NCBI GenBank assembly: GCA_003450815.1
Contig: DMES01000073.1
Location: 1-63,854 of the forward strand
Direction of reading: 5' to 3'
Length of the DNA: 63,854 nt
Source: Elusimicrobiota bacterium
GTDB lineage: Bacteria; Elusimicrobiota; Elusimicrobia; Elusimicrobiales; UBA9959
Made by a program: the position numbers and the translations under genes. The notes under the pieces were generated by a model that saw nothing but the letters and a program-made list of their open reading frames with translations, was not told the DNA's origin and made no database searches. This document shows, piece by piece, positions 45,834 through 54,430 of this stretch. Positions within the stretch are counted from its first letter, which is position 1. Every line of letters starts with the position of its first letter.

Positions 45834-47627
45834 TTAGACCGGGTACATCTCCATTGCTTTGTACCACTTATTCAACTCGGCTATGCGTTTTGAATGCGAC
45901 TTGGGCAACTCAAAGGGGCGGCCCCTGCCGTCAAGCACGATGCCCACCACGCCGCCCTCAATATCCGCTTCAACTTTATTGCCGGAGCCAGCGCCCATGT
46001 CAAAACCTTTAACAGGTCTTGCCGTAAGCTTTGCCTTTGCGGTTTCAAGGGGAAGGTGGACAATCTCGCCGAAGCGCAGCTCGCCGGACAGTTTTTTACC
46101 GTCAGAAGCCGTAACTTCCCATTCCATTATAAGCTGGCCTTCTTTGGCAAGGCCTTTAGGGGCGAGGCAGGTGCCAAGGCGCACAAGACAATCATTGTAA
46201 AACACATCAAGAGCCGCTTTCTCGCTTATCTGGGCAAGCACACCCAGGTGCGGCATCATAAAGATGGAATCCACCGCCATGCGGGTAACGCCCTCGGGCT
46301 GATAGGCGTCTATCATCAGCTGCATGGATTGCGTACGCCGGGGTGAATGCGCCAGTATCCCGCCTGAGCCTATCACATAGTCCAGCCGCATAATGTTTAT
46401 CAGGCTGGCCCCGGAGGCTGTCTGCTCGAACGCATCCGAAATGGAGCGCTCCTGCTGAACGCCTTTCAGCCCCACGGCCAGCGCCTTATGCTGGTCAAAA
46501 GCCAGGCGCAGGGCTTCGCGGGCTACCGCGTGCTCTATCTGCAGGTCTTCCACGGTCTGCGGGATGGTGGTAGGCCTTATCATTTTATTTTTCAGACGGT
46601 TGCGCAGATCCTGTTCCTCAACATCAAAAGGCAGCCAGCGCAGAATATTGGCAAGCCCCGTCTCGGCCATCACGTTTGAAATGGAATAGCTCATTCCCAG
46701 GTTAGCGCTGACGGTGCGGTTGAATACCCCCGAGAATACCGAGAACACATCCGTGGTGGCTCCGCCTATATCAACGGCCAGCACATTGAAGTTATTCGCC
46801 TTGGCGAATTTCTCCGTCATGGTTCCTACCGCCGCCGGAGTGGGCATTATGGGCGCGCCCACCATTTTCATAAGCTTCGGATAGCCCGGAGCCTGCTGCA
46901 TCACATGCTCAAGAAAAATGTCGTGAATTTTGTGACGCGCGGGCATAAGGTTTTCCCGCTCAAGCGTGGGACGGAGATTTTCCGTTACTATTAGAGCGGT
47001 CCGGTCGCCAAGTATGTCCTTTATCTGCTGATGCGCCTTATTGTTGCCGGCGTAAATAACCGGCAGTTTGTAAGAGGCGCCAAGGCGTGGTTTAGGGTCG
47101 GCGGCTTTCAGGAACTGGGCAAGCTCCACCACATGCGTAATAGTGCCGCCGTCAGTTCCGCCTGAAAGCAGCATCATGTCGGGCCGCAGCTGGCGGATAC
47201 GCTCTATTTTTTCATGGTCGGCGCGCCCGTCGTTGGAAGCCAGCACGTCCATCACTATGGCGCCCGCGCCCAAAGCGCAGCGCTGGGCCGATTCGCCGGT
47301 CATGGCCTTTACGGCGCCGGCCACCATCATCTGCAGGCCGCCTCCTGCCGAAGAGGTTGAGACATAAATATCGGCGCCGGTATTGCCGTGGTTCGGGGTT
47401 ATTATATTCTCGCCATCCAGTATTTTGCGGCCGGAGAGTTCTTCCACCTCGGTGATGGAATTCAGCACGCCCTTGGTGACGTCTTCAAAGGGGGCTTCAA
47501 CGGTGGTGGGAGCCTCTCCCCGGAAAGTCTGGCGGTAGGTGTCGCCTTTTTTTTCTATCAATATGGCCTTGGTGGTGGTACTGCCGCAGTCGGTGGCTAT
47601 TATAACTTCCAGATCTTTGGTTGACAT
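45834..47627 (-). CDS. GlmL/MutL (glutamate mutase L)-like ASKHA ATPase
   Basis: TDCGSTTTK (phosphate 1), SSAGGGL, LSGGTDGG, MPTP, VDIGGATTDVFS (phosphate 2), GSGG. Confidence 0.85.
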   Translation of the reverse strand: MSTKDLEVIIATDCGSTTTKAILIEKKGDTYRQTFRGEAPTTVEAPFEDVTKGVLNSITEVEELSGRKILDGENIITPNHGNTGADIYVSTSSAGGGLQMMVAGAVKAMTGESAQRCALGAGAIVMDVLASNDGRADHEKIERIRQLRPDMMLLSGGTDGGTITHVVELAQFLKAADPKPRLGASYKLPVIYAGNNKAHQQIKDILGDRTALIVTENLRPTLERENLMPARHKIHDIFLEHVMQQAPGYPKLMKMVGAPIMPTPAAVGTMTEKFAKANNFNVLAVDIGGATTDVFSVFSGVFNRTVSANLGMSYSISNVMAETGLANILRWLPFDVEEQDLRNRLKNKMIRPTTIPQTVEDLQIEHAVAREALRLAFDQHKALAVGLKGVQQERSISDAFEQTASGASLINIMRLDYVIGSGGILAHSPRRTQSMQLMIDAYQPEGVTRMAVDSIFMMPHLGVLAQISEKAALDVFYNDCLVRLGTCLAPKGLAKEGQLIMEWEVTASDGKKLSGELRFGEIVHLPLETAKAKLTARPVKGFDMGAGSGNKVEADIEGGVVGIVLDGRGRPFELPKSHSKRIAELNKWYKAMEMYPV

Positions 47628-47629
47628 GA

Positions 47630-47920
47630 TTATCTCCCTAACTTTTCTACCAGATAAGAAACCGCGTTTTGATTTTCAAGCAATTTGGTAAATTTTTCAA
47701 CTTCGCTCCTGGCAAAAACCATAGTTAGCATAGGCGTCAGGAACACCAGGCCCTGCGAACCCAGATTATGCAGCGGGCGCGTGCTTTCAAGGACCAGCAC
47801 CGCCATGTCGGCAAGGGCTCGCTTTTTTATTTTCCCGGCGATAAGATCAAGGGTTTTTTTTTCCTCGTCGGTTACCGCCTTGCAGGCGGGAAGCTTAAAA
47901 GCGTTACCCCATATACCCAT
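47630..47920 (-). CDS. Small conserved hypothetical protein
   Basis: LESTRPL..LGSQ..FLTP..LLE pattern; 2 nt from the GlmL-like start. Confidence 0.8.
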   Translation of the reverse strand: MGIWGNAFKLPACKAVTDEEKKTLDLIAGKIKKRALADMAVLVLESTRPLHNLGSQGLVFLTPMLTMVFARSEVEKFTKLLENQNAVSYLVEKLGR

Positions 47921-47986
47921 GTCAGTTTTATTTTACATAAAAACAGAACCTTTCCCAAATCCTCCTCAATTTGAAGATTTGGGACC

Positions 47987-48052
47987 TTGAAAGCGCATTA
48001 AGTTTGGTGTATACTTTATCTGACTCTAAAAAAATCAGCTGATTTTTTAGAG
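47987..48052 (+). promoter_or_regulatory. Sigma70 promoter with downstream palindromic operator-like site
   Basis: TTGAAA-17 nt-TATACT (48010-48015); CTCTAAAAAAATCAG-CTGATTTTTTAGAG at 48024-48052. Confidence 0.7.
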
Positions 48053-48058
48053 ACGCCT

Positions 48059-48607
48059 ATGAATAACTACAATTATATTCATTATCAGACAAAGCCCCGC
48101 CGGCACTGGCTGACAATAATGGTTATGGGCCTTATATTGACCGCGGCGGCAATAGCCGGAATAAAATTTTTTATCGGAAGCGGCGGGCAAGATTCAGGTT
48201 TCTCTAACAGCGCCGCGCCTGATTTCAAGTTCCAGAACAAACGCAATCAGCCACAGGGATATACCCCGTTAACGCGCTCTGAAACAGCCAGCGGCAACTC
48301 CCTTGAGATATTCGCCAAAACAAACGCCGGCTATTCAAAGGAGGACTCTTTCTCAATAGAGCAGTCTACCGTCGCCGCCGAAATACCTAAAAAAATAAAA
48401 CCGGCCCCATCAAAAAAGGCAGCCAAAATCAAACGCCCGGCCGCCGCCCGGAAACGCACAGCTATACCGAAAATGCAGGCCATGAAACCCTTTGGCACGG
48501 CGGCCGGCATAGGCAGCAATACCGCAGCTCCGCAAGGTACGGAAATGCCGGATATCGCAAATATTCTAAAACAGGCCCAGCAGAAAGCGGGGAAGCAGGG
48601 GGAATAG
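48059..48607 (+). CDS. Hypothetical single-TM protein with low-complexity Lys/Ala tail
   Basis: One N-terminal TM; good promoter upstream. Confidence 0.7.
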   Translation: MNNYNYIHYQTKPRRHWLTIMVMGLILTAAAIAGIKFFIGSGGQDSGFSNSAAPDFKFQNKRNQPQGYTPLTRSETASGNSLEIFAKTNAGYSKEDSFSIEQSTVAAEIPKKIKPAPSKKAAKIKRPAAARKRTAIPKMQAMKPFGTAAGIGSNTAAPQGTEMPDIANILKQAQQKAGKQGE

Positions 48608-48846
48608 AGTATATAGTAAAAAGTGAACAGTAAAGTGAGCTGTTAATAAACATATCTGCCCACTGTTTACCGATTGCCGTTTACTGTTCTAACCCGAATC
48701 CTGCAGTTCAATGTTATTCTCATTTTAAAAAATAAGGAATAAAAACATGCAGGATTCCCCGCTTTGCGGGTCGCAAATCAAGCGCATTGCGCGCAGAATT
48801 TGCGAGGGTGTATGCCGCGCGAAGCGCACCTGAGCTCCGCGAAGGG
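48608..48846. repeat. 7-mer inverted repeat followed by a hairpin and a multibranch structured element
   Basis: AGTGAACAGTAAA/TTTACTGTTCT; GAATCCTGCA/TGCAGGATTC; CTTTGCGG/CCGCGAAG enclosing TCGCAAAT/ATTTGCGA. Confidence 0.6.
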
Positions 48847-48857
48847 AAAAATTCAAC

Positions 48858-49373
48858 TTAATTTTTCAGGCTAACAGGAATGGAACTTGAGTGAACGGCG
48901 TCCGCCTGTTTCACTTTACTAAAAGAAATTTTAAGCTTTGAGCCAGGTTTAATGCCGTGGGCGCGCGCCGTGCCTCCGGCAAGTTCAAGCACAAACCTCG
49001 CCGGGGCTGAAGCCGTTGCCACTTCCGCCTCAAGCTGGCCTGCGAAAGACCGGGGCACCCGGTGGAAAACCCTGCCAGTAATCATCTCGCGTGAAAGAAA
49101 AACCATATCCAGATCTATAAAAGTATCTTTCATCCAGAAATATTTAACCCCGTCTTCTCCAAAAACAAAAAGCATTCCCTGATTGCGCGGAAGTTCCTTC
49201 ACGAACATCAGGCCTTTGCCATGTTCGGCGGGGGTAAGCGCCAGCTGAGCATTTACCTTGAAACCGTCAGGCAGAATAATTTCCGCTCCAGTAGCTCCGG
49301 CCGGAACCGAAATGGCGCGGCAAACAACGCACAAAATCGGGCTGAGCAGTAACGCCAGGAAGGCTTTTTTCAT
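48858..49373 (-). CDS. DUF192 family protein
   Basis: GLMF...GMLFVF...FWMKDTFIDLDMVF...FVLELAGG. Confidence 0.9.
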   Translation of the reverse strand: MKKAFLALLLSPILCVVCRAISVPAGATGAEIILPDGFKVNAQLALTPAEHGKGLMFVKELPRNQGMLFVFGEDGVKYFWMKDTFIDLDMVFLSREMITGRVFHRVPRSFAGQLEAEVATASAPARFVLELAGGTARAHGIKPGSKLKISFSKVKQADAVHSSSIPVSLKN

Positions 49374-49924
49374 GGTTTTTTACCGATGGAGGTGGATATT
49401 TCAGCCGTAAACACGCCGGACGATTCGCTAATGGCTGCAAGTTCTTGCATCGCCACAGCCGAATTGTCCACAGACAGATTGTCCATAAACAGCCGCATTT
49501 CCGAATCGGCCACGGCCTTAATCTCCCCGGCTTCGGAAAACAGCATGGGTAGATCACCGCCATATTTTTTTGCGACCGACCGCAGTGAGCCTTCCTTAGC
49601 CAGCTCAGGCACAAGTTTTGAAAAAGGGACGGCGGTCTTTTCAGAGATAAGGATAAGGGTTATAAGTTCCTGGCGGTAAATTCCGGAACGGAGATATTTA
49701 AAAATCTCTTTCTCTCCCTCGGTGGAGTCAAAAACCGAGTAAAGAGTTGAGGAACTGATCTGGGCGCTTAAAGCCCAGGCAAAAGCTTCATCACTGAAAG
49801 TATCCAGCCTGACCTCATCGTTTTTTAAAAAAGCGTCCGGCCCCACCTCAGCGCCCAGAAAAACCTGGGCCGCGGCCGGTGGGCCGGATAAGGCCAGCAA
49901 AAGAACCATTGTGAGAGGGCGCAT
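49370..49924 (-). CDS. Hypothetical exported protein
   Basis: Signal peptide (AAA-Q); ATGA overlap with DUF192 gene. Confidence 0.75.
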   Translation of the reverse strand: MRPLTMVLLLALSGPPAAAQVFLGAEVGPDAFLKNDEVRLDTFSDEAFAWALSAQISSSTLYSVFDSTEGEKEIFKYLRSGIYRQELITLILISEKTAVPFSKLVPELAKEGSLRSVAKKYGGDLPMLFSEAGEIKAVADSEMRLFMDNLSVDNSAVAMQELAAISESSGVFTAEISTSIGKKP

Positions 49925-49950
49925 AGGTAAACAAACATGGAAGAGCGGCT

Positions 49951-50046
49951 TAGCAATTTAGATGCGTAGCAGTTTAGAGGCCGGAGGTCTTGAACTATGT
50001 CTTCCTTCCTTACTATGCCTCTACGCCTCTTTACATCCATGCATCT
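49951..50046. repeat. 8-mer tandem/inverted repeat insert
   Basis: TAGCAATT TAGATGCG TAGCAGTT TAGAGG vs CCTCTACG CCTCTTTA CATCCATG CATCT. Confidence 0.6.
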
Positions 50047-50052
50047 CTCGTT

Positions 50053-50286
50053 CTACAACGATGTCGTCACCAGCGTTTCCGTGGTAAGAACACCAGGTAT
50101 TGAACGGATTTGTTGAACGACGATATTGGAAAGCATGGGCAGATCGTCGGTTTCCATGTCAAGCACCAGATCCCAGCGCCCGAACACGGCCGACATATGT
50201 ACCACGCTGCCAAGAGCTTTTAGTTTGGCAAGAGTCTGCTTTTCCTTGCCCGGCAGCAGTTTAAGCAAAACAAGTCCGGTTACCAT
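50053..50286 (-). CDS. Stand-alone Lrp/AsnC ligand-binding (RAM) domain protein
   Basis: VFGRWDLVL...IRSIPGVLTTETL. Confidence 0.88.
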   Translation of the reverse strand: MVTGLVLLKLLPGKEKQTLAKLKALGSVVHMSAVFGRWDLVLDMETDDLPMLSNIVVQQIRSIPGVLTTETLVTTSL

Positions 50287-50343
50287 ATAAAAACACCTTC
50301 CTTAACTCGAATTCACGCGCGGTTGAGCGTATCGTACGGCAAA

Positions 50344-50372
50344 AATTATACCATTAAAATTAAGGTATAATT
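50344..50372. promoter_or_regulatory. Back-to-back divergent -10 elements
   Basis: AATTATACC...GGTATAATT inverted repeat gives TATAAT on both strands between divergent genes. Confidence 0.6.
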
Positions 50373-50402
50373 AGGATTTATTGCCGGCAGTTAGTTGATT
50401 TT

Positions 50403-50894
50403 ATGCGTGCATTGATACAGAGGGTAAAAAGAAGCGAAGTCAGCATTGTGGGCGAAGTGCATTCCGCCATCGGGGCGGGATTGCTGGTGTTTCTGGGGAT
50501 CGGTAAAGAGGATAATGAGGACGCGGCCCGGTTTCTGGCTGAGAAAATAGCCTATTTACGGATTTTTTCAAACGCCGGCGGTAAATTTGACCTTTCGCTT
50601 CTTGATATCAGCGGCTCGGCGCTGGTAGTTTCCCAGTTCACGCTTTACGGCGACGCTTCAAAAGGACGCCGCCCGGACTTTACTAAAGCAGCAAGGCCCG
50701 AACAGGCTATACCTCTTTACGAACACTTCATAAGCAGTCTTAAAAACCTGGGAGTTTCAGTGAAAACCGGTGTTTTCGCGGCAGAGATGGAAGTGACACT
50801 GGTAAACGACGGGCCTGTAACTATATGGCTGGACAGTCAAAAGCAGGGGATAGGGGTTAGCGGGCAGGGGCGCGGCATACAAGATAAACCATGA
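50403..50894 (+). CDS. dtd: D-aminoacyl-tRNA deacylase
   Basis: [28 protein letters not shown]; C-terminal tail derived from a 7-mer repeat (50844-50871). Confidence 0.95.
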   Translation: MRALIQRVKRSEVSIVGEVHSAIGAGLLVFLGIGKEDNEDAARFLAEKIAYLRIFSNAGGKFDLSLLDISGSALVVSQFTLYGDASKGRRPDFTKAARPEQAIPLYEHFISSLKNLGVSVKTGVFAAEMEVTLVNDGPVTIWLDSQKQGIGVSGQGRGIQDKP

Positions 50895-52063
50895 AAAACA
50901 ATTTTAATTTTCAGGTAAACGAAAAACGCATGGTCCGGAATTTTACTGAGCTGGCGCGCATAAGTTCCCTTTCAGGCAAAGAGGCCAAAGTAGCCCGGCA
51001 CCTGGAAAGGATTTTCAAACTTATGGGCGCCGAAGTTTACATGGACAACGCGGGTGAAAAAATACAGGGCGAATGCGGCAACCTGATAGTTAAGTTCCGT
51101 GGCACGGAGCGCTGTGAACCGTTTTTATTGTCCGCCCACATGGACACAGTGGGCCCTGCCGGGAACATCAGGCCGCAGGTTCATTCTGACATCATCACCT
51201 CAGACGGTCTCACGGTGCTTGGCGCCGACTGCAAGGCGGGAATAGCCGTTATCCTTGAAACCGTAAAAATTCTTGAAGAACTGCGCCTGCCGCAGCCGCC
51301 GCTTGAACTGGTTTTTACCATAAGCGAGGAGATGGCGCTTATGGGCGCCAAATTCCTTGATTATTCAAAACTGAAAGCCCGCCGCGGGCTTATTTTTGAC
51401 AACGAAAAGCCGCTTGATTGCGTTATCACAAGCGCGCCGGCCGCGGATAAGATGGATATTAAAGTTTACGGCGTGGCCGCCCACGCGGGAGTAGCCCCTG
51501 AAAAAGGCATCTCGGCCATTGAAGTGGTTTCCAATGCTATAGTGGACATGAAACTGGGCCGAATAGACAGCGAAACCACAGCCAATATCGGAGTTATAAA
51601 CGGGGGGAATGCCATCAACATTGTTCCGCCGCTGGTTGAATTAAGCGGCGAGGCGCGCAGCCACAGCCTTGAGAAACTGCGCCGCCAGACACGGCACATG
51701 GAAGACTGTCTGAAAAAAGCGGTTAAAAAAATGAGCATACGGGACCAGGGCAAAAGACTTTCTCCAAGGTATGATTTCCTGCTGGAGCGCAAATTCCCGA
51801 ACCTGATAATAAACAGCCGCGACCCCGTGCTGAAACTTATTGAGGAAGCCATGAATGGCCAGGGCCTTAAAATGAAAGCTATGGCCTCCGGCGGCGGAAC
51901 AGATGCCAATATTATGTACGGCCACGGCATAAGCGCGCCAATACTTTCCACCGGTATGCGCGACGTACACACCACGCATGAATATCTGGACCTGAAGGAT
52001 TTCTTCGGCTGCGCCCGATTGACACTAGCGATAATAAGCGGGATGGCAAAAACGGTAGATTAG
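50891..52063 (+). CDS. M20B peptidase T-like metallopeptidase
   Basis: [30 protein letters not shown]. Confidence 0.9.
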   Translation: MKNNFNFQVNEKRMVRNFTELARISSLSGKEAKVARHLERIFKLMGAEVYMDNAGEKIQGECGNLIVKFRGTERCEPFLLSAHMDTVGPAGNIRPQVHSDIITSDGLTVLGADCKAGIAVILETVKILEELRLPQPPLELVFTISEEMALMGAKFLDYSKLKARRGLIFDNEKPLDCVITSAPAADKMDIKVYGVAAHAGVAPEKGISAIEVVSNAIVDMKLGRIDSETTANIGVINGGNAINIVPPLVELSGEARSHSLEKLRRQTRHMEDCLKKAVKKMSIRDQGKRLSPRYDFLLERKFPNLIINSRDPVLKLIEEAMNGQGLKMKAMASGGGTDANIMYGHGISAPILSTGMRDVHTTHEYLDLKDFFGCARLTLAIISGMAKTVD

Positions 52064-52097
52064 TGATTAAGTAATTAAGTAATTGAGTAATTAAGTT
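52059..52097. repeat. 8-mer tandem repeat
   Basis: ATTAAGTA ATTAAGTA ATTGAGTA ATTAAGTT. Confidence 0.75.
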
Positions 52098-52113
52098 TGG
52101 GAAAGGAGATCCC

Positions 52114-54294
52114 ATGGACAAGAAAAAATCGGACTACGAATTCAAGCCTTATGTAGATACAACTCAGACCATACCTGAATTTACCGTTCAGGCCGTGGTG
52201 CTGGGTTTTATTTTGTCTGTTGTATTCAACGCCGCCAACGCTTATCTGGGCCTTAAGATCGGCATGACGGTATCGGCCTCAATACCCTCGGCCATTATCT
52301 CAATGACGGTGCTGAGGATAATCCTGCCTAAGTTTTTCAACCGCCACGGCACCATACTTGAGAACAATATAGTACACGCTTTCGCTTCAATAGGCGAGTC
52401 ACTGGCGGCGGCGATTATTTTCACCGTGCCAGCCATAATTTTCATGGGCGGTAAAATCACAAATTCCATGGTATTCATGCTGGGGCTTACAGGCGGAGTG
52501 CTTGGGCTTCTGCTTATGATACCCCTGCGTCATTCGCTGATGGTCAAAGAGCACAAAACCCTGCCCTTCCCGGAAGGCAGCGCCTGCGCCAAGGTGCTTA
52601 TAGCAGGCGATAAGGGCGGCGCCTCGGCGAAGCCGGTGTTCGCCGGCATTCTGACCGGCGGCATATTCAAGTTTTTCATGTCAGGCTTTATGATGTTCAG
52701 GGACACCCTTTCCTGGAGTTTCGCCTCGCTTAACAAAGCCGGCTTCGGCTATGAAATTTCGCCGCTTTTTCTGGGAGTGGGATACCTGGTGGGACTGCGC
52801 ATCTCGGCGGTGATGTTTGCGGGCGGAGCCTTCGGCTACTGGGTGCTGATACCAGCCATTAACGCCTTCGGCGGGAACAACATTATCTCGCCCGGCACCA
52901 TACCTATAGCAGACATGACTACCTCTGACATAAGGATAAACTATGTTAAATACATCGGCGCGGGAGGCGTGGCTTTCGGCGGACTTATAAGCATAATAAA
53001 ATCCCTGCCGGATATAGTTTCCTCTATACGCCACAGCATAGCGGCCCTCACCGTGAAAACAGAAATACGGGAGGGCTCACAGAAGCGGGCCGAAAAAGAC
53101 TTTGAACAAAGCTATATCGTGTGGGCGGGCGGAGCCCTCGGGGCGATAATAGGCATTTTCGCTTTTGAAATACCCTGGCATCTCGGACCCGAAACGTGGG
53201 ATCCGGTGCTGCGGCTTTTCGCGGGAGTAATAACGCGCGTGTTCATAGCCGGCTCTGTCGGCGCTATAATACTCGGCTTTTGTTTCCGGGCTATTGCAAG
53301 CGCCTCTGCCAAAGTCTGTCACAAATTCCTCAGAATTGAGCAGGACACGCCGCTGCCGCTGGTTTTGGCGGGCGTAACTGCCATGTTTTTTGTGCTTTGG
53401 CTGACGCCTATCTTCGACCTTTCTTTCTGGGAAGCCCTGATAGTTGTAGTATTCTCGATGTTTTTCGTGGCTGTCAGCGCGCGCATGGTGGGCCTTATAG
53501 GCACCACCAATCAGCCTGTATCCGGCATGACCATAACGGCGCTTCTTTCTTTAACGCTGCTATTTGTCCTGATGGGACATAATAAGGAAACGGCAAAGGT
53601 GGCTGCCATAATGGCCGGCGCGGTGGTCTGTATCGCCATCTCGGTTTCCGGTGACCTCTCGCAGGACCTTAAAACCGCGGCGCTCATAGGCGCAACACCC
53701 TGGAAGGTTCAGCTGGCGCAGATTGCCGGCACACTGGTATCGGCGGTGCGTTCTGGCTTTATTCTGCTTATTCTCTACTGGGCATATGGCCTTGGCGCGC
53801 CAACAGCAGCACATCCGAACGCCCTGGAGGCTCCACAGGCGCAATTGATGGCTAAACTTGTTGAAGGGGCGACGGGGGGAAATCTGCCCTGGCTTTTGCT
53901 CGGCCTTGGCGGAGCCATAGGGCTTATCTGCGAATTATGCGGCATTTCAGCTTTGGCTTTCGCCATAGGGCTTTATCTTCCGATAACCAACTGGCCCATG
54001 ATCCTTCTCGGAGGATTTATCGCTTACATGGTTTCAAAACACACGGGCGGCGCTCCCGACGAGGAACACGACCCGGGTTCGCTATTCTCATCGGGCCTTA
54101 TCGCGGGCGACGCGCTTATGGGGATAGGGCTCGCAGTCGTTACCGTAATCGGCTGGGACAAGGCGCTAAGGCTGCGTGACCCGAACGCGGGCTCGTTTAA
54201 CTTTGAAGCCACCCTCTCCACCGTGCTTTACCTAGGCATAGCCCTGGCGCTTTATCTTATCGCAAAGAAAAAACCCCGGAAAGCGGTCGTTTAG
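52114..54294 (+). CDS. OPT-family oligopeptide transporter
   Basis: NAYLGLKIGMTVSASIP, LENNI, LPFPEG, NQPVSGMTI, QDLKT, APQA.LM, SGLIAG. Confidence 0.93.
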   Translation: MDKKKSDYEFKPYVDTTQTIPEFTVQAVVLGFILSVVFNAANAYLGLKIGMTVSASIPSAIISMTVLRIILPKFFNRHGTILENNIVHAFASIGESLAAAIIFTVPAIIFMGGKITNSMVFMLGLTGGVLGLLLMIPLRHSLMVKEHKTLPFPEGSACAKVLIAGDKGGASAKPVFAGILTGGIFKFFMSGFMMFRDTLSWSFASLNKAGFGYEISPLFLGVGYLVGLRISAVMFAGGAFGYWVLIPAINAFGGNNIISPGTIPIADMTTSDIRINYVKYIGAGGVAFGGLISIIKSLPDIVSSIRHSIAALTVKTEIREGSQKRAEKDFEQSYIVWAGGALGAIIGIFAFEIPWHLGPETWDPVLRLFAGVITRVFIAGSVGAIILGFCFRAIASASAKVCHKFLRIEQDTPLPLVLAGVTAMFFVLWLTPIFDLSFWEALIVVVFSMFFVAVSARMVGLIGTTNQPVSGMTITALLSLTLLFVLMGHNKETAKVAAIMAGAVVCIAISVSGDLSQDLKTAALIGATPWKVQLAQIAGTLVSAVRSGFILLILYWAYGLGAPTAAHPNALEAPQAQLMAKLVEGATGGNLPWLLLGLGGAIGLICELCGISALAFAIGLYLPITNWPMILLGGFIAYMVSKHTGGAPDEEHDPGSLFSSGLIAGDALMGIGLAVVTVIGWDKALRLRDPNAGSFNFEATLSTVLYLGIALALYLIAKKKPRKAVV

Positions 54295-54297
54295 AAA

Positions 54298-54406
54298 AAA
54301 AGGCAGCAGGAGCCTTTTAAAATAAGCTTTAAAAATAATTTTCCATAGGGAAAAAAATAGCCAGATACAATTATTAGGGTTACTTAAAAGGCAGCAGGAG
54401 CCTTTT
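54298..54406. repeat. Pair of direct AAAAGGCAGCAGGAGCCTTTT mini-hairpin repeats
   Basis: Copies at 54298-54318 and 54386-54406. Confidence 0.85.
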
Positions 54407-54430
54407 TTACGCGAAAAATGAGGTGATTTT

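Noticed and set aside
45834-47627. DNA mismatch-repair MutL
   Set aside because: Name coincidence; motifs are ASKHA/actin-like, not GHKL
54295-54430. glmS ribozyme upstream of glmS
   Set aside because: Region is AT-rich, occupied by the repeat pair, and lacks the ribozyme core I would expect
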